The position numbers and the translations under genes are program-made. This document shows, piece after piece, positions 20,040-28,904 of a stretch of DNA of 50,036 nucleotides. Numbering within the stretch: position 1 is the stretch's first letter; each line of letters begins with the position of its first letter. The notes beneath the pieces were generated by a model. That model saw only the letters and a list, made by a program, of their open reading frames with translations. It was not told the DNA's origin and made no database searches. The stretch comes from an uncultured delta proteobacterium (GTDB lineage Bacteria > Desulfobacterota > Desulfobacteria > Desulfobacterales > JAHEIW01), in assembly GCA_963706575.1 (NCBI GenBank), contig CAVPNL010000016.1:1-50036 (forward strand), written 5' to 3'.

Positions 20040-20712
20040 GCCATGGTTGGTTCATATGATGCAGTTTATTTCAGCAATGCTGATTGTCGGCAGCCTGTTG
20101 TGCCCGAATTCCCATGCCAGCCAAACAGACGCACCGCAAGATGCCGGGGTAACGGAGCAGACCCATATTTTATATCAGGCACAGCGCCACCAGGCGGTTG
20201 ATGAGCGTGCCCGCTCCCATCATTATTTAGCTCAGAATGAGGATGGCCTGTCGCAAGCCCGGGAAAGATGGAAAAACCTTTCTCCCGAGCAAAAGCGTCA
20301 ATATCGTGAAAGATTGCAACGCTGGAAGCAGTTGACGCCGGAACAGAAAGCAAAAATAAAAGATAGATATAAGCACTTTAAAAACCTTCCGCCGGATAAA
20401 CAGGCCCGTGTAAGAGAAAACTGGCGCCGGTATAAGCGTTTGGATGAGGAACAGCGGCGCGTCATCCGGCGAAAGTATAAAAGATGGAAAAATTTGAGTG
20501 AAGCTCAAAAACAGCAGATCCAGGAGCGCCGCCGCCGGTATAAAAAAATGACACCGGAGCAGCGCAGGCGCTTGCAGGAAAATCGAAAACGATGGCAAGA
20601 GCTTTCACCGGAGGAAAAACGCCGGCTGCGAGAGAAAAATCGCGAACGGCGAATGCAAAATCAAGGCGACCCCCAGCGGTACAATCGAAACCATACCCGC
20701 AGAAGAAACTAG
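20023..20712 (+). CDS. DUF3106-like exported basic repeat protein
   Basis: Signal peptide plus seven 18-aa repeats of the type WKNLSPEQKRQYRERLQR. Confidence 0.75.
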   Translation: MKMKTRPWLVHMMQFISAMLIVGSLLCPNSHASQTDAPQDAGVTEQTHILYQAQRHQAVDERARSHHYLAQNEDGLSQARERWKNLSPEQKRQYRERLQRWKQLTPEQKAKIKDRYKHFKNLPPDKQARVRENWRRYKRLDEEQRRVIRRKYKRWKNLSEAQKQQIQERRRRYKKMTPEQRRRLQENRKRWQELSPEEKRRLREKNRERRMQNQGDPQRYNRNHTRRRN

Positions 20713-20739
20713 AACCCATCTCAAAAATGTCTTTTGGCC
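20710..20739. mobile_element. Truncated left end of the copy-2 MITE subfamily
   Basis: TAGAACCCATCTCAAAAATGTCTTTTGGCCC is identical to the start of 16295; overlaps the TAG stop. Confidence 0.65.
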
Positions 20740-20815
20740 CCGCACGCTCTTTTTAGCGCCGGGGCTTTCCATGCCGGAAATTATTACCCAACTGACAATT
20801 TTTTGACCATTTTTT

Positions 20816-20919
20816 TGACAACATTTGTCACATTTTACCTGTTCAAAATATGGGTAAATTTATAAGTGTTTGAAAATATTATAATTTCAAAAATCGCCAA
20901 AATTGGCATGATAGTTGTA
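20816..20919 (+). promoter_or_regulatory. Candidate sigma54 promoter with upstream activator palindrome
   Basis: TGGCATGATAGTTGT at 20904-20918 (-24/-12 spacing, GT instead of GC) and TGACA-N5-TGTCA at 20816-20830. Confidence 0.45.
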
Positions 20920-21042
20920 TAGGTATGTAGTCGGATTGCCTGAATTAATCCTAATGATCGAAGCCCGATGACCGATATGATGATTATAAGGCAGGCATAA
21001 TCCAGGCCAGCAACGAAAACCTCAAATGATAAGGTGTAAAAA

Positions 21043-21270
21043 ATGTTAGACAAAGCAGCAGACAATCACAATTTCGATTTCAACATTGGTCACCTTGTGA
21101 AAAGTCCATGCAAAGCATGCGCGACAAGAGGGGATTTTCCAGGTTGTATGGAAGACTGCGAACTTTTGGACCAAATTCAAACGGTTTTGTCTGATTCCGT
21201 TTCCAGTGCCAACAATTACTCCGCTGCGGAGACATTTGAGGTACCCGCACAGGTGCTGGATCAGATTTAA
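21043..21270 (+). CDS. Small four-cysteine hypothetical protein
   Basis: KSPCKAC-x8-CMEDC; RBS-like AAGGTG upstream. Confidence 0.6.
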   Translation: MLDKAADNHNFDFNIGHLVKSPCKACATRGDFPGCMEDCELLDQIQTVLSDSVSSANNYSAAETFEVPAQVLDQI

Positions 21271-21272
21271 TT

Positions 21273-21577
21273 AAAAGTGGTTTCAAAACCCCATCTGAGG
21301 CCCAATGGCTGCGTTGCCCCGCAAGCGGGATTCGCATCTGATTTTTTGGATTAGGGTGCAGCACAGGCCTCCGATAAATGCTCACATACCCAATGTATGC
21401 TGAGAACAACGACTTTCTCGATCGGCCTGCGCTTGATGCATACATTAATATTTTTAAGATAAGATATGTAATCCCGCTGCAGCGGGACTTTGATGCACAC
21501 ATTAATTTGTTAAAATAAAGACGTGCAATCCCGCGTTTAAGCGGGAAACCTGATCTGAGGTTTTGAAACCACTTCTA
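21273..21577. mobile_element. ERIC-like MITE, copy 3, carrying three nested ~50-58-bp palindromic inserts
   Basis: TIR AAGTGGTTTCAAAACC/GGTTTTGAAACCACTT; colinear with copy 4 apart from the inserts. Confidence 0.75.
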
Positions 21578-21793
21578 TTAACCGGTCCCAGACGGTGTGC
21601 TGGGGCCGGTTGCCAGCAAGTTTAGAAATTTTTCATCACCGTCTTGTGGCTTCTGATTTTTTGACTGCCCGACAACCTCTCTGGCGGCGTCCCTACGCCG
21701 CTGCACCGCCAATTTCATTTCTAAGGAAAATGCCTGGTTTTAAGTTTAACGGGACAACGCGCAAACAGGACAAGGCGCGTAACGGGCAACGCC

Positions 21794-22183
21794 TTAACCG
21801 TTGAGGCGATTCTCCCAGTCGTATTCGGCAGACGTAACGATATGTTCCATACGCTGGATGCGCCGCTGCAGATTTTCATATCTCCTTTTTAGCCGCTGCA
21901 ACGCACCCTGCCTCGAGTAGGTGTAACTGTCATAAAATTCCTTTTCGGCAGAGTTGCGAACCGGAATGACCGGCGCGGGTTTCATCAGCAAGGCGGCCAG
22001 CAGGTATAACCCAATCGCCGGGAAGAAGCCGGCAACAAATAGAAGAATCAAGGCGATCACCCGGGTCCAGAAAACTGAAAAATCAAAATGTTGTGCCAGC
22101 CCTTTGCACACCCCTAAAATCATGCCGCTGCGGGAGCGGTAGATTCCGTTGCGGGAAAGCCGGGTATACCTATTCATGTTCAT
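21794..22183 (-). CDS. pspC: Phage shock protein C
   Basis: YRSRSGMILGVCKGLAQHFD PspC motif, TM helix, C-terminal RIQRMEHIVTS. Confidence 0.88.
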   Translation of the reverse strand: MNMNRYTRLSRNGIYRSRSGMILGVCKGLAQHFDFSVFWTRVIALILLFVAGFFPAIGLYLLAALLMKPAPVIPVRNSAEKEFYDSYTYSRQGALQRLKRRYENLQRRIQRMEHIVTSAEYDWENRLNG

Positions 22184-22436
22184 GGCTCGATTTCCTTTCT
22201 TTTGCGCTTTTGCGTCCTTCTTGATCCAACAGGATGGTCTCCAAAGCCTCGACGCGCTCTTCCATACGCGAAAGCGCCGTGTATATCTCCTGGATCATTT
22301 TAGCCTCCTCAGCTTGATCGCCTGCGGATTGGCCACCACGGAAAAATTTGATGGCCAAAAGAATCGCCCCCGGGATAATGGCCAGCGCAAGCAGGATGCT
22401 TCCGAATACAATGGCTACGATCAATACTTCTTTCAT
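22170..22436 (-). CDS. PspB-like membrane protein
   Basis: TM helix then RMEERVEALETILLD, located between pspA and pspC. Confidence 0.7.
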   Translation of the reverse strand: MKEVLIVAIVFGSILLALAIIPGAILLAIKFFRGGQSAGDQAEEAKMIQEIYTALSRMEERVEALETILLDQEGRKSAKERKSSHEHE

Positions 22437-22460
22437 ATCAGGCTCTACCTTGGCTTCATT

Positions 22461-22619
22461 AGAAGTGGTTTCAAAACCCCATCTGAGGCCCAATGGCTGC
22501 GTTGCAAGCCTCCGATAAATGCTCACATACTAGCCCATCATGTATGCTGAGAACAACGACTTTCTCGATCGGCCTGCGCCTTGCCCTTGAACCTGATCTG
22601 AGGCTTTGAAACCACTTCT
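22461..22619. mobile_element. ERIC-like MITE, copy 4 (159 bp), inside the psp operon
   Basis: 15-bp TIR AGAAGTGGTTTCAAA; core GGCTGCGTTGC..TCACATAC..GTATGCT..CGCCTTGCC. Confidence 0.75.
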
Positions 22620-22733
22620 TGTGTATTTTTAACGTCCCGTGCAAATTGCGCTTCGATCCTTAAAGATGGTTATAGGATTATCCGATTATCCTGATCAATA
22701 AAAATCTGATCTATCATTCCGACACGCTGGGTT

Positions 22734-23417
22734 TTAATCGGCAGATTGCGCTTCATCCGCTTTTGACACCGGTGTTTTCAGCGCCTGCAATTCTTTTTCG
22801 ATTTCTTCATCCACGCCCAGAGTGTCGAATTCGGCCTCCAGAGCGGTCTTTTTTCCGAAATTAACCAGATCGGCTTCGGCTTCCATGCGTTCGATGCGGT
22901 TCTCAAGTTCATCAAATTTCAGCATGGCCTCGGAACTGTCCACCCGTCGGATCTCTTCCTGGGCCTGTCTTTTCCGATTGGCATGAATATGCCGCTGGAC
23001 AAGTAAACGCTGTTTGTCGCGGGCGGATTTCAACTTATCTTCCAGCTGGCGGATATGATCCTGATATTGTTCGATGAGAAGATTGTGTTCGGTGAACTCG
23101 TTTTCAAGGCCATCCATGCGACGGGCAGAGCGGCGCTTTTCAACCAGGGCTTCGCGGGCCAGATTATCCCTGCCTTTTTTGACCGCGATCTCGGCCTTTT
23201 CTTCCCAGTACCGGATGCGTTCATGCAAAGTGTCCAGCTGGCGTTGTACTTTTTTGCTGCTGGCCATCGCGCCGGCACAGGCGGCCTTGATTTCAACAAG
23301 CGTATCTTCCATTTCTCTGATCATTAGTTTGATCAATTTTTCGGGATCTTCCGCCTTATCAAGGATTGCATTGATATTGGAGCTAATGATGTCGCGAAAA
23401 CGTGTAAAAATACCCAT
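22734..23417 (-). CDS. pspA: Phage shock protein A
   Basis: MGIFTRFRDIISSNINAILDKAEDPEKLIKLMIREMEDTLVE, coiled coil. Confidence 0.95.
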   Translation of the reverse strand: MGIFTRFRDIISSNINAILDKAEDPEKLIKLMIREMEDTLVEIKAACAGAMASSKKVQRQLDTLHERIRYWEEKAEIAVKKGRDNLAREALVEKRRSARRMDGLENEFTEHNLLIEQYQDHIRQLEDKLKSARDKQRLLVQRHIHANRKRQAQEEIRRVDSSEAMLKFDELENRIERMEAEADLVNFGKKTALEAEFDTLGVDEEIEKELQALKTPVSKADEAQSAD

Positions 23418-23460
23418 GATGACCTCCCAGTCTTTAATTTAACCTTTAGCCATACCATCA

Positions 23461-23503
23461 GCATTAAGCATGCCAATGCCCGATATATTTATAACATATT
23501 GAT
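23461..23503 (-). promoter_or_regulatory. sigma54 promoter of pspA with adjacent IHF-like site
   Basis: Minus strand TGGCATGCTTAATGC (GG-N10-GC) at 23475-23461, and TATCAATATGTTA (WATCAA-N4-TTR) just upstream; divergent pspF, as in E. coli. Confidence 0.7.
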
Positions 23504-23596
23504 ATTATATCATATTATATTAAAAATAATTACTTGACATATTGGTAAAAATAACTAATATATGGTATTATTATTTAAAAATAGGCAAAAATTACC

Positions 23597-24665
23597 ATGA
23601 ACCGATCAAATGACCTAAGACAGAAAAGTTTGAACACCGGGACCCCGACGGTTGTCACCGAAGCCCTGGGCCAATCGGAACCGTTTCTTGAGTTTCAGGA
23701 ACGGTTATCACGGGTGGCTCCAATTAATCGGCCAGTGCTCTTAATCGGGGAGAGAGGTACGGGAAAGGAGTTGGCCGCAGCGCGGTTGCACTATCTGTCG
23801 AATCGATGGCAGGCCCCGATGGTGGCGCTGAACTGTGCGGCCCTGTCGCCGTCTTTAATCGAGTCAGAATTGTTTGGTTATGAAAAAGGCGCCTTTACCG
23901 GTGCGCTGCAGCGGCGCTTCGGCCGGTTTGAGTCCGCCGATCGCGGAACCCTGTTTTTAGACGAAATCGGAAGTATTCCGCTGGAAGTTCAGGAGAAGAT
24001 TTTACGGGTGGTGGAATACAATGTTTTTGAGCGGGTCGGCAGTTCGGAGAGCATTGAGGTGGATGTCCGTATCATCGCCGCCACCAATGCCGATTTAAAC
24101 GACCTGGCCCGCAAAAACCGTTTCAAACAGGATTTGTTGGATCGACTTTCATTTGAAGTTTTGTTTCTGCCGCCTTTAAGAGAGCGGAAAGAAGATATTG
24201 CCCTGCTTGCCGGTCATTTTGCCGGAAGAATGTCCATGGAGCTGGAATGGGATGAAATTCCCGTCTTTAGTGATGAAGCCATTGAGAGCGCTGGAGAAGC
24301 ACCTGTGGCCCGGAAATATCCGTGAGCTTAAAAATGTAGTTGAGCGTGCGGTTTATCGTTCTGACGCGGCCACCATTACCGATATTGAGTTTCACCCTTT
24401 TCATTCACCCTATGAAAATGCCGCACTTCCCGTATCTCAAAAGACGCATGCATCTGAAATGGCGCCTGCCGATTCCGGCGTTTGGCTGGGCCAACCCCTG
24501 AAGGCGGCCGTGTGGGAGTTAAAGGTCAAGATGCTGGAAGCGGCGCTGGACAAAGCAAAGTACAGTCAAAAGAAAGCCGCCCGGATTTTAGGTCTGACCT
24601 ACCATCAATTTCGGGGGTTGTATCGACAGTATCAGGCAACACGGCCAGATAAGCCTTCCTCTTAA
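23597..24665 (+). CDS. pspF: sigma54 enhancer-binding activator PspF (frameshift near 24285)
   Basis: GERGTGKE, ESELFG, GAFTGA, LFLDEI, WPGNIRELKNVVER, C-terminal LGLTYHQFRGL; divergent from pspA. Confidence 0.92.
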
Positions 24666-24683
24666 ATCCGATCCATTCTGGGC

Positions 24684-24935
24684 TTCAGGTGTAAGGTGTC
24701 ACGTGTCAGAAAACAGAGAACCGCAGAACACCGAACAAGGAATAATGAATGTCGAAGTAGGGCAGCCCTCTGTGGCTGCCATTGAGGTCGGCACGGAGGC
24801 CGAACCTACTTCATCATTCGAAATTCTTGCCCATAGGTCACGTCTTTAGCGTGATTCGATATTCAAAATAGAGCAAATTGATTGTGTCAGGTTGCTTGTT
24901 TCCCGTCTCTGTCGTGACCACAAACACCTGAAACC
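24684..24935. repeat. Nested composite repeat with a central GTAG-type REP doublet (24757-24809)
   Basis: Outer TTCAGGTGT/ACACCTGAA arms, middle GAATGTCGAAG/TTCGATATTC arms, inner GTAG-GGCAGCC..GGCTGCC and inverted GGTCGGC..GCCGAACC-TAC. Confidence 0.65.
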
Positions 24936-24942
24936 ATAATTC

Positions 24943-26874
24943 TTAAATGCGGCGACCGAGAACAGCACTCTCATAAATCGCCGCTTTGGCATTGCGGGTC
25001 TCGAGGCAGTCACCGATCTGGTGGGTTTCATACCCGAGGGATTTGACCTTTTCATAAAGGCGGTTACAGGGCCGGGTACCGGTCGCAAAGATCACCGTTT
25101 CAGCCTCGATCAACAGCTCCGTACCATCGCTGCGGGCTACGGCAGCGCCGGCGCTTACAACTCTTATCAATTTGGTTTCAGTCATTATTTTTACGTTGTA
25201 TTCTTTTAATTTGCCGAGCAAAATCTTTCTGGTCATGGATTCAAGGCCTTTTCCGATTTTAGCAAGCATTTCCACTACGCTAACGCGACAGCCATATTCG
25301 GCCAGGTGCAGGGCAATTTCCAGGCCGGTCGCCCCGCCGCCGATGATCACCGCTTGCTTAAAGGAAGGCGGGGCTTCGATTAATACATCTTCATAGGTCA
25401 TTACAATGGAGCTGTCGATACCGTCCACCGGCGGAAGCGCCGGCAGTGATCCGGTGGCCAATACGACCACATCCGGGTTGAGTGCCTGGATGTCTTTGGT
25501 TTTAACCTCATGGTTGAGATGGCAGGCCACACCGAACTTTTCGATTTGTTTTTTCTGAAATTTGATCAGTCCGCGCAATTCTTTCTTATGCCCCGGTATG
25601 CTGCCGGAAAGCAATTGCCCTCCCAGGGAGTCGCGTTTTTCAAAAACGTGGACTTGATGGCCACGTTTAGCTGCCACCCAGGCCACATTCAAACCGCCGG
25701 GGCCACCGCCGACCACCATAATCTTTTTGGGTTTTGGGGTGGGTACGAAGGCCATTTCCTTTTCACGGCCCAGCATGGGATTGACCAGGCATTCGATGCG
25801 GCCTTTTCTGAATATGGATTGCATGCAGGTGTTGCAGGCGATGCATGGCCGGATTTCATCCAGGCGTCCTGCCCTGGCTTTATTGGGCATCTCCGGATCT
25901 GCTAAAAGCCCACGGCCAATGCACACCAGATCCGCCTGGCCTTTTGCCAAAACCTCATTGGCAACCATCGGGTCGTTTATGCGGCCAACGGCCATGACCG
26001 GGATGTTCAAGGCCTTTTTGACCTGTGCGGCGGATTCCGCCAGGCAGGCTTTTTCCATAAACATGGGCTGACAGATCCATTCCGGCGTCATGTCGTTGCC
26101 GGCCGAAACCTGGACGACATCAACGCCGGCTTTTACCAGAAGTTTTAAAATCTCAATGCTTTCTGTGACGGTCAGACCGCCGGGTACAAATTCCTGAGCG
26201 CTGATTTTAAACGAAAGCGGAAATTCAGGTCCAATGCGTTTGCGAATTTCTTCTATGATTTCAATTGCAAATCGACTTCGACCGACAGTGTCCCCGCCGT
26301 ATTCATCTTCGCGAATATTGCTCACTTTTGATAAAAACTGGTTTATCAGATAGCCGTGCGCACCGTGGATTTCGATTAGCTCGAACCCCGCCTGTTTGGC
26401 GCGTTCCGCCGCATCACCGAATTTCTGAACAATTTCACGGATGCCATCGGTTGTCAGGGGCTCAACCTCACCACGGATCGTAGGGCAGGGAATCGGAGAA
26501 GGTGCCAGGGGTTTGCGTTTGATGACCTTGATCGACGTCTGTCGTCCGCTATGGTGAATTTGAATGGCCGGGACCGACCCCTCCGATTTCATAACCGCGG
26601 CAACCTTCGAAAGGCCCTCGATGAAACGATCATCGTAGATTCTTGCTTGATGTGCCGAAACCACTCCTTCCGGTGAAACCGCATGGGCTTCCATTATAAT
26701 CATTGCCGATCCGCCACCGGCCCGTCGACGGTAATGCTCGATCGTAGCATCTGTAATCGTACCATCGTCTTCGATTAAAAAGGATGCCAGGGCGGGCATG
26801 ACAATTCTGTTTTTCAGTTGAATGTCTTTGATCGAAAAAAACGAAAACAACGGCTGCATTTTTTTCTCATCCAA
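24943..26874 (-). CDS. NADH:flavin oxidoreductase (Old Yellow Enzyme barrel + 4Fe-4S + FAD; 2,4-dienoyl-CoA reductase/BaiH-like)
   Basis: LKNRIVM, EIHGAHGYL, CIACNTC..C, GGGPGG and GGGATG dinucleotide motifs. Confidence 0.9.
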   Translation of the reverse strand: MDEKKMQPLFSFFSIKDIQLKNRIVMPALASFLIEDDGTITDATIEHYRRRAGGGSAMIIMEAHAVSPEGVVSAHQARIYDDRFIEGLSKVAAVMKSEGSVPAIQIHHSGRQTSIKVIKRKPLAPSPIPCPTIRGEVEPLTTDGIREIVQKFGDAAERAKQAGFELIEIHGAHGYLINQFLSKVSNIREDEYGGDTVGRSRFAIEIIEEIRKRIGPEFPLSFKISAQEFVPGGLTVTESIEILKLLVKAGVDVVQVSAGNDMTPEWICQPMFMEKACLAESAAQVKKALNIPVMAVGRINDPMVANEVLAKGQADLVCIGRGLLADPEMPNKARAGRLDEIRPCIACNTCMQSIFRKGRIECLVNPMLGREKEMAFVPTPKPKKIMVVGGGPGGLNVAWVAAKRGHQVHVFEKRDSLGGQLLSGSIPGHKKELRGLIKFQKKQIEKFGVACHLNHEVKTKDIQALNPDVVVLATGSLPALPPVDGIDSSIVMTYEDVLIEAPPSFKQAVIIGGGATGLEIALHLAEYGCRVSVVEMLAKIGKGLESMTRKILLGKLKEYNVKIMTETKLIRVVSAGAAVARSDGTELLIEAETVIFATGTRPCNRLYEKVKSLGYETHQIGDCLETRNAKAAIYESAVLGRRI

Positions 26875-27353
26875 AAATAGATTTAAGATAAAATATGTGG
26901 CTATGGCCTATTCTGATTCTAAAATAAATTTTTCTGCCGCCAGAATTATCACCAGCCGGAAGGTGACCATTTTTTTTTAAAACCGCTACATTGGTCAGAT
27001 ACCGAATTCTGGGTAGAGAGCTTGACGCTCTATCATGTTTTCTCTATAATCCCCAGAACCTAAATGAACAACTTGGACTTTTTATAACTATCTGAAATTA
27101 AATTTCTTTAACGCCTCCCGGCATGGTATGATTTCAGGCGCCAAAGGAAAATGATGCGATCATAATACCATTGTCGGTAGCGTTAGCATGTTGCTTTTCG
27201 ATTCGCAAGGAGATACCTTCTAATAAAGCACCAAAGTTACGGGCCCAGATTCAGTGGATATCCGGCAATCAGAAATACAGAAACCCAATTGAGCGTTTAT
27301 TGCTCAATTAGGGTATAACCCTGACCGTTTCAAAATTTTAACAAAGGATCATT

Positions 27354-28727
27354 TTGCCCTATTTGCATGCCATTATCGCTGAAATCGGCTTAGTCAATTT
27401 GCTTTTGATTCTGGTCGGTGTGATGTCAGCAGCAGCCGTTATTCTGCTGATCCTTCTGGTTCGACGCAAGGAGGTCAACCCGCAGGAGTTTTATACGACC
27501 CTTGAAAAACAGCAAGAGCGCATTGAACACATGGTCAGAGACGAGTTTGTGCGCAACCGTCAGGAATCGGCCGGCAGCGCCCGGCAGTCCCGGCAGGAAA
27601 TCGGCACCATTTTAAAGTCATCCAGCGATTCCCAGCTCAGGCAGATGAGCGAGGTTGCCGGCATGCAGAAAGATCAGCTCGATAGTTTTTCCAAACAGCT
27701 GCTCGCGCTGACCCAGCTCAATGAAGATAAACTTGAAAGTCTGCGCAAAACCATCGAGGCTCAGCTGCGGGCCATGCAGGAGGACAACAGCCGCAAGCTG
27801 GAGCAGATGCGCTCGGTCGTTGACGAAAAACTGCAGTCGACTCTGGAAAAACGACTCGGTGAATCCTTCAAGCAGGTCAGTGAGCGCCTTGAGCAGGTTT
27901 ACAAAGGCCTGGGTGAGATGAGAAGTCTGGCCACCGGTGTGGGCGATCTCAAGAAAGTTTTAACCAATGTCAAGACCCGGGGCACCTGGGGTGAAATTCG
28001 GCTCAGCCATATTCTGGAACAAATTTTGACACCGGACCAATATGAGATCAATGTCGCCACCAAAAAGGGCAGCAGCGAGCGGGTGGAATTTGCCATAAAG
28101 CTGCCGGGTCAGGGGGCTGACAAAGAAAAAGTCGTCTGGCTGCCCATTGACTCTAAATTTCCCCAGGAGGATTATCAACGCTTGCTGGATGCTCAGGAAG
28201 CGGCCGATAAAGTCCAGGCCGAAATATCGGTCAAAAACCTGGAAACCCGCGTTAAAGCCGAAGCCAAGGCCATCCGGCAGAAATATATCGATCCGCCCAA
28301 TACCACCGATTTCGGGATTATGTTTTTACCGGTGGAAGGCCTGTATGCCGAAGTTTTAAGGCGTCCGGGCCTCTGTGATAGCCTGCAAAGGGATTATCGC
28401 ATTGTCGTCACCGGGCCGACAACGCTGGCAGCCCTCTTAAATAGCCTGCAGATGGGCTTTCGCACCCTGGCCATCGAAAAACGATCCAGTGAGGTCTGGG
28501 AACTGCTGGGTGCCGTAAAAACACAGTTCAGCAAATTTGGTGAGGTCCTGGCAAAAACCAAAAAGAAGCTGCAGGAAGCCAGCAATACGATTGACCAGGC
28601 CGAAGTCCGCACCCGGGTCATTTCGCGCAAGCTCAGCAAAGTCCAGGAATTGCCCCTGACCGATTCGTCAAAGCTCATGGAGCCGACAGCAAATGATGAC
28701 GATGAAACCGTCGATAGCGATTTATAA
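27354..28727 (+). CDS. rmuC: DNA recombination protein RmuC (start uncertain)
   Basis: N-terminal TM, coiled coil, KTRGTWGE, LPIDSKFP, MFLPVEGLYAE, GPTTLAALLNSL. Confidence 0.9.
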   Translation: MPYLHAIIAEIGLVNLLLILVGVMSAAAVILLILLVRRKEVNPQEFYTTLEKQQERIEHMVRDEFVRNRQESAGSARQSRQEIGTILKSSSDSQLRQMSEVAGMQKDQLDSFSKQLLALTQLNEDKLESLRKTIEAQLRAMQEDNSRKLEQMRSVVDEKLQSTLEKRLGESFKQVSERLEQVYKGLGEMRSLATGVGDLKKVLTNVKTRGTWGEIRLSHILEQILTPDQYEINVATKKGSSERVEFAIKLPGQGADKEKVVWLPIDSKFPQEDYQRLLDAQEAADKVQAEISVKNLETRVKAEAKAIRQKYIDPPNTTDFGIMFLPVEGLYAEVLRRPGLCDSLQRDYRIVVTGPTTLAALLNSLQMGFRTLAIEKRSSEVWELLGAVKTQFSKFGEVLAKTKKKLQEASNTIDQAEVRTRVISRKLSKVQELPLTDSSKLMEPTANDDDETVDSDL

Positions 28728-28904
28728 ATATGGCGCGTCGTCCCTTGCTTTTTGCCGCTGATCTCGTCTGAGTCCGCCTCAGGCGGACGATGGCGCGTAA
28801 GGGGACATAAAGAAAGAAATTTAATAATTCCTTTTAAATCTTTCGTGAACTTTGTGCTCTTTGTGGTAAAAAATATTGCTTCGTAAACCTACAGGGACAA
28901 GATT

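Noticed and set aside
21430..21550. CRISPR-like repeat-spacer pattern
   Set aside because: Only two tandem units; the 'spacers' resemble each other; no cas genes; explained as inserts in a MITE
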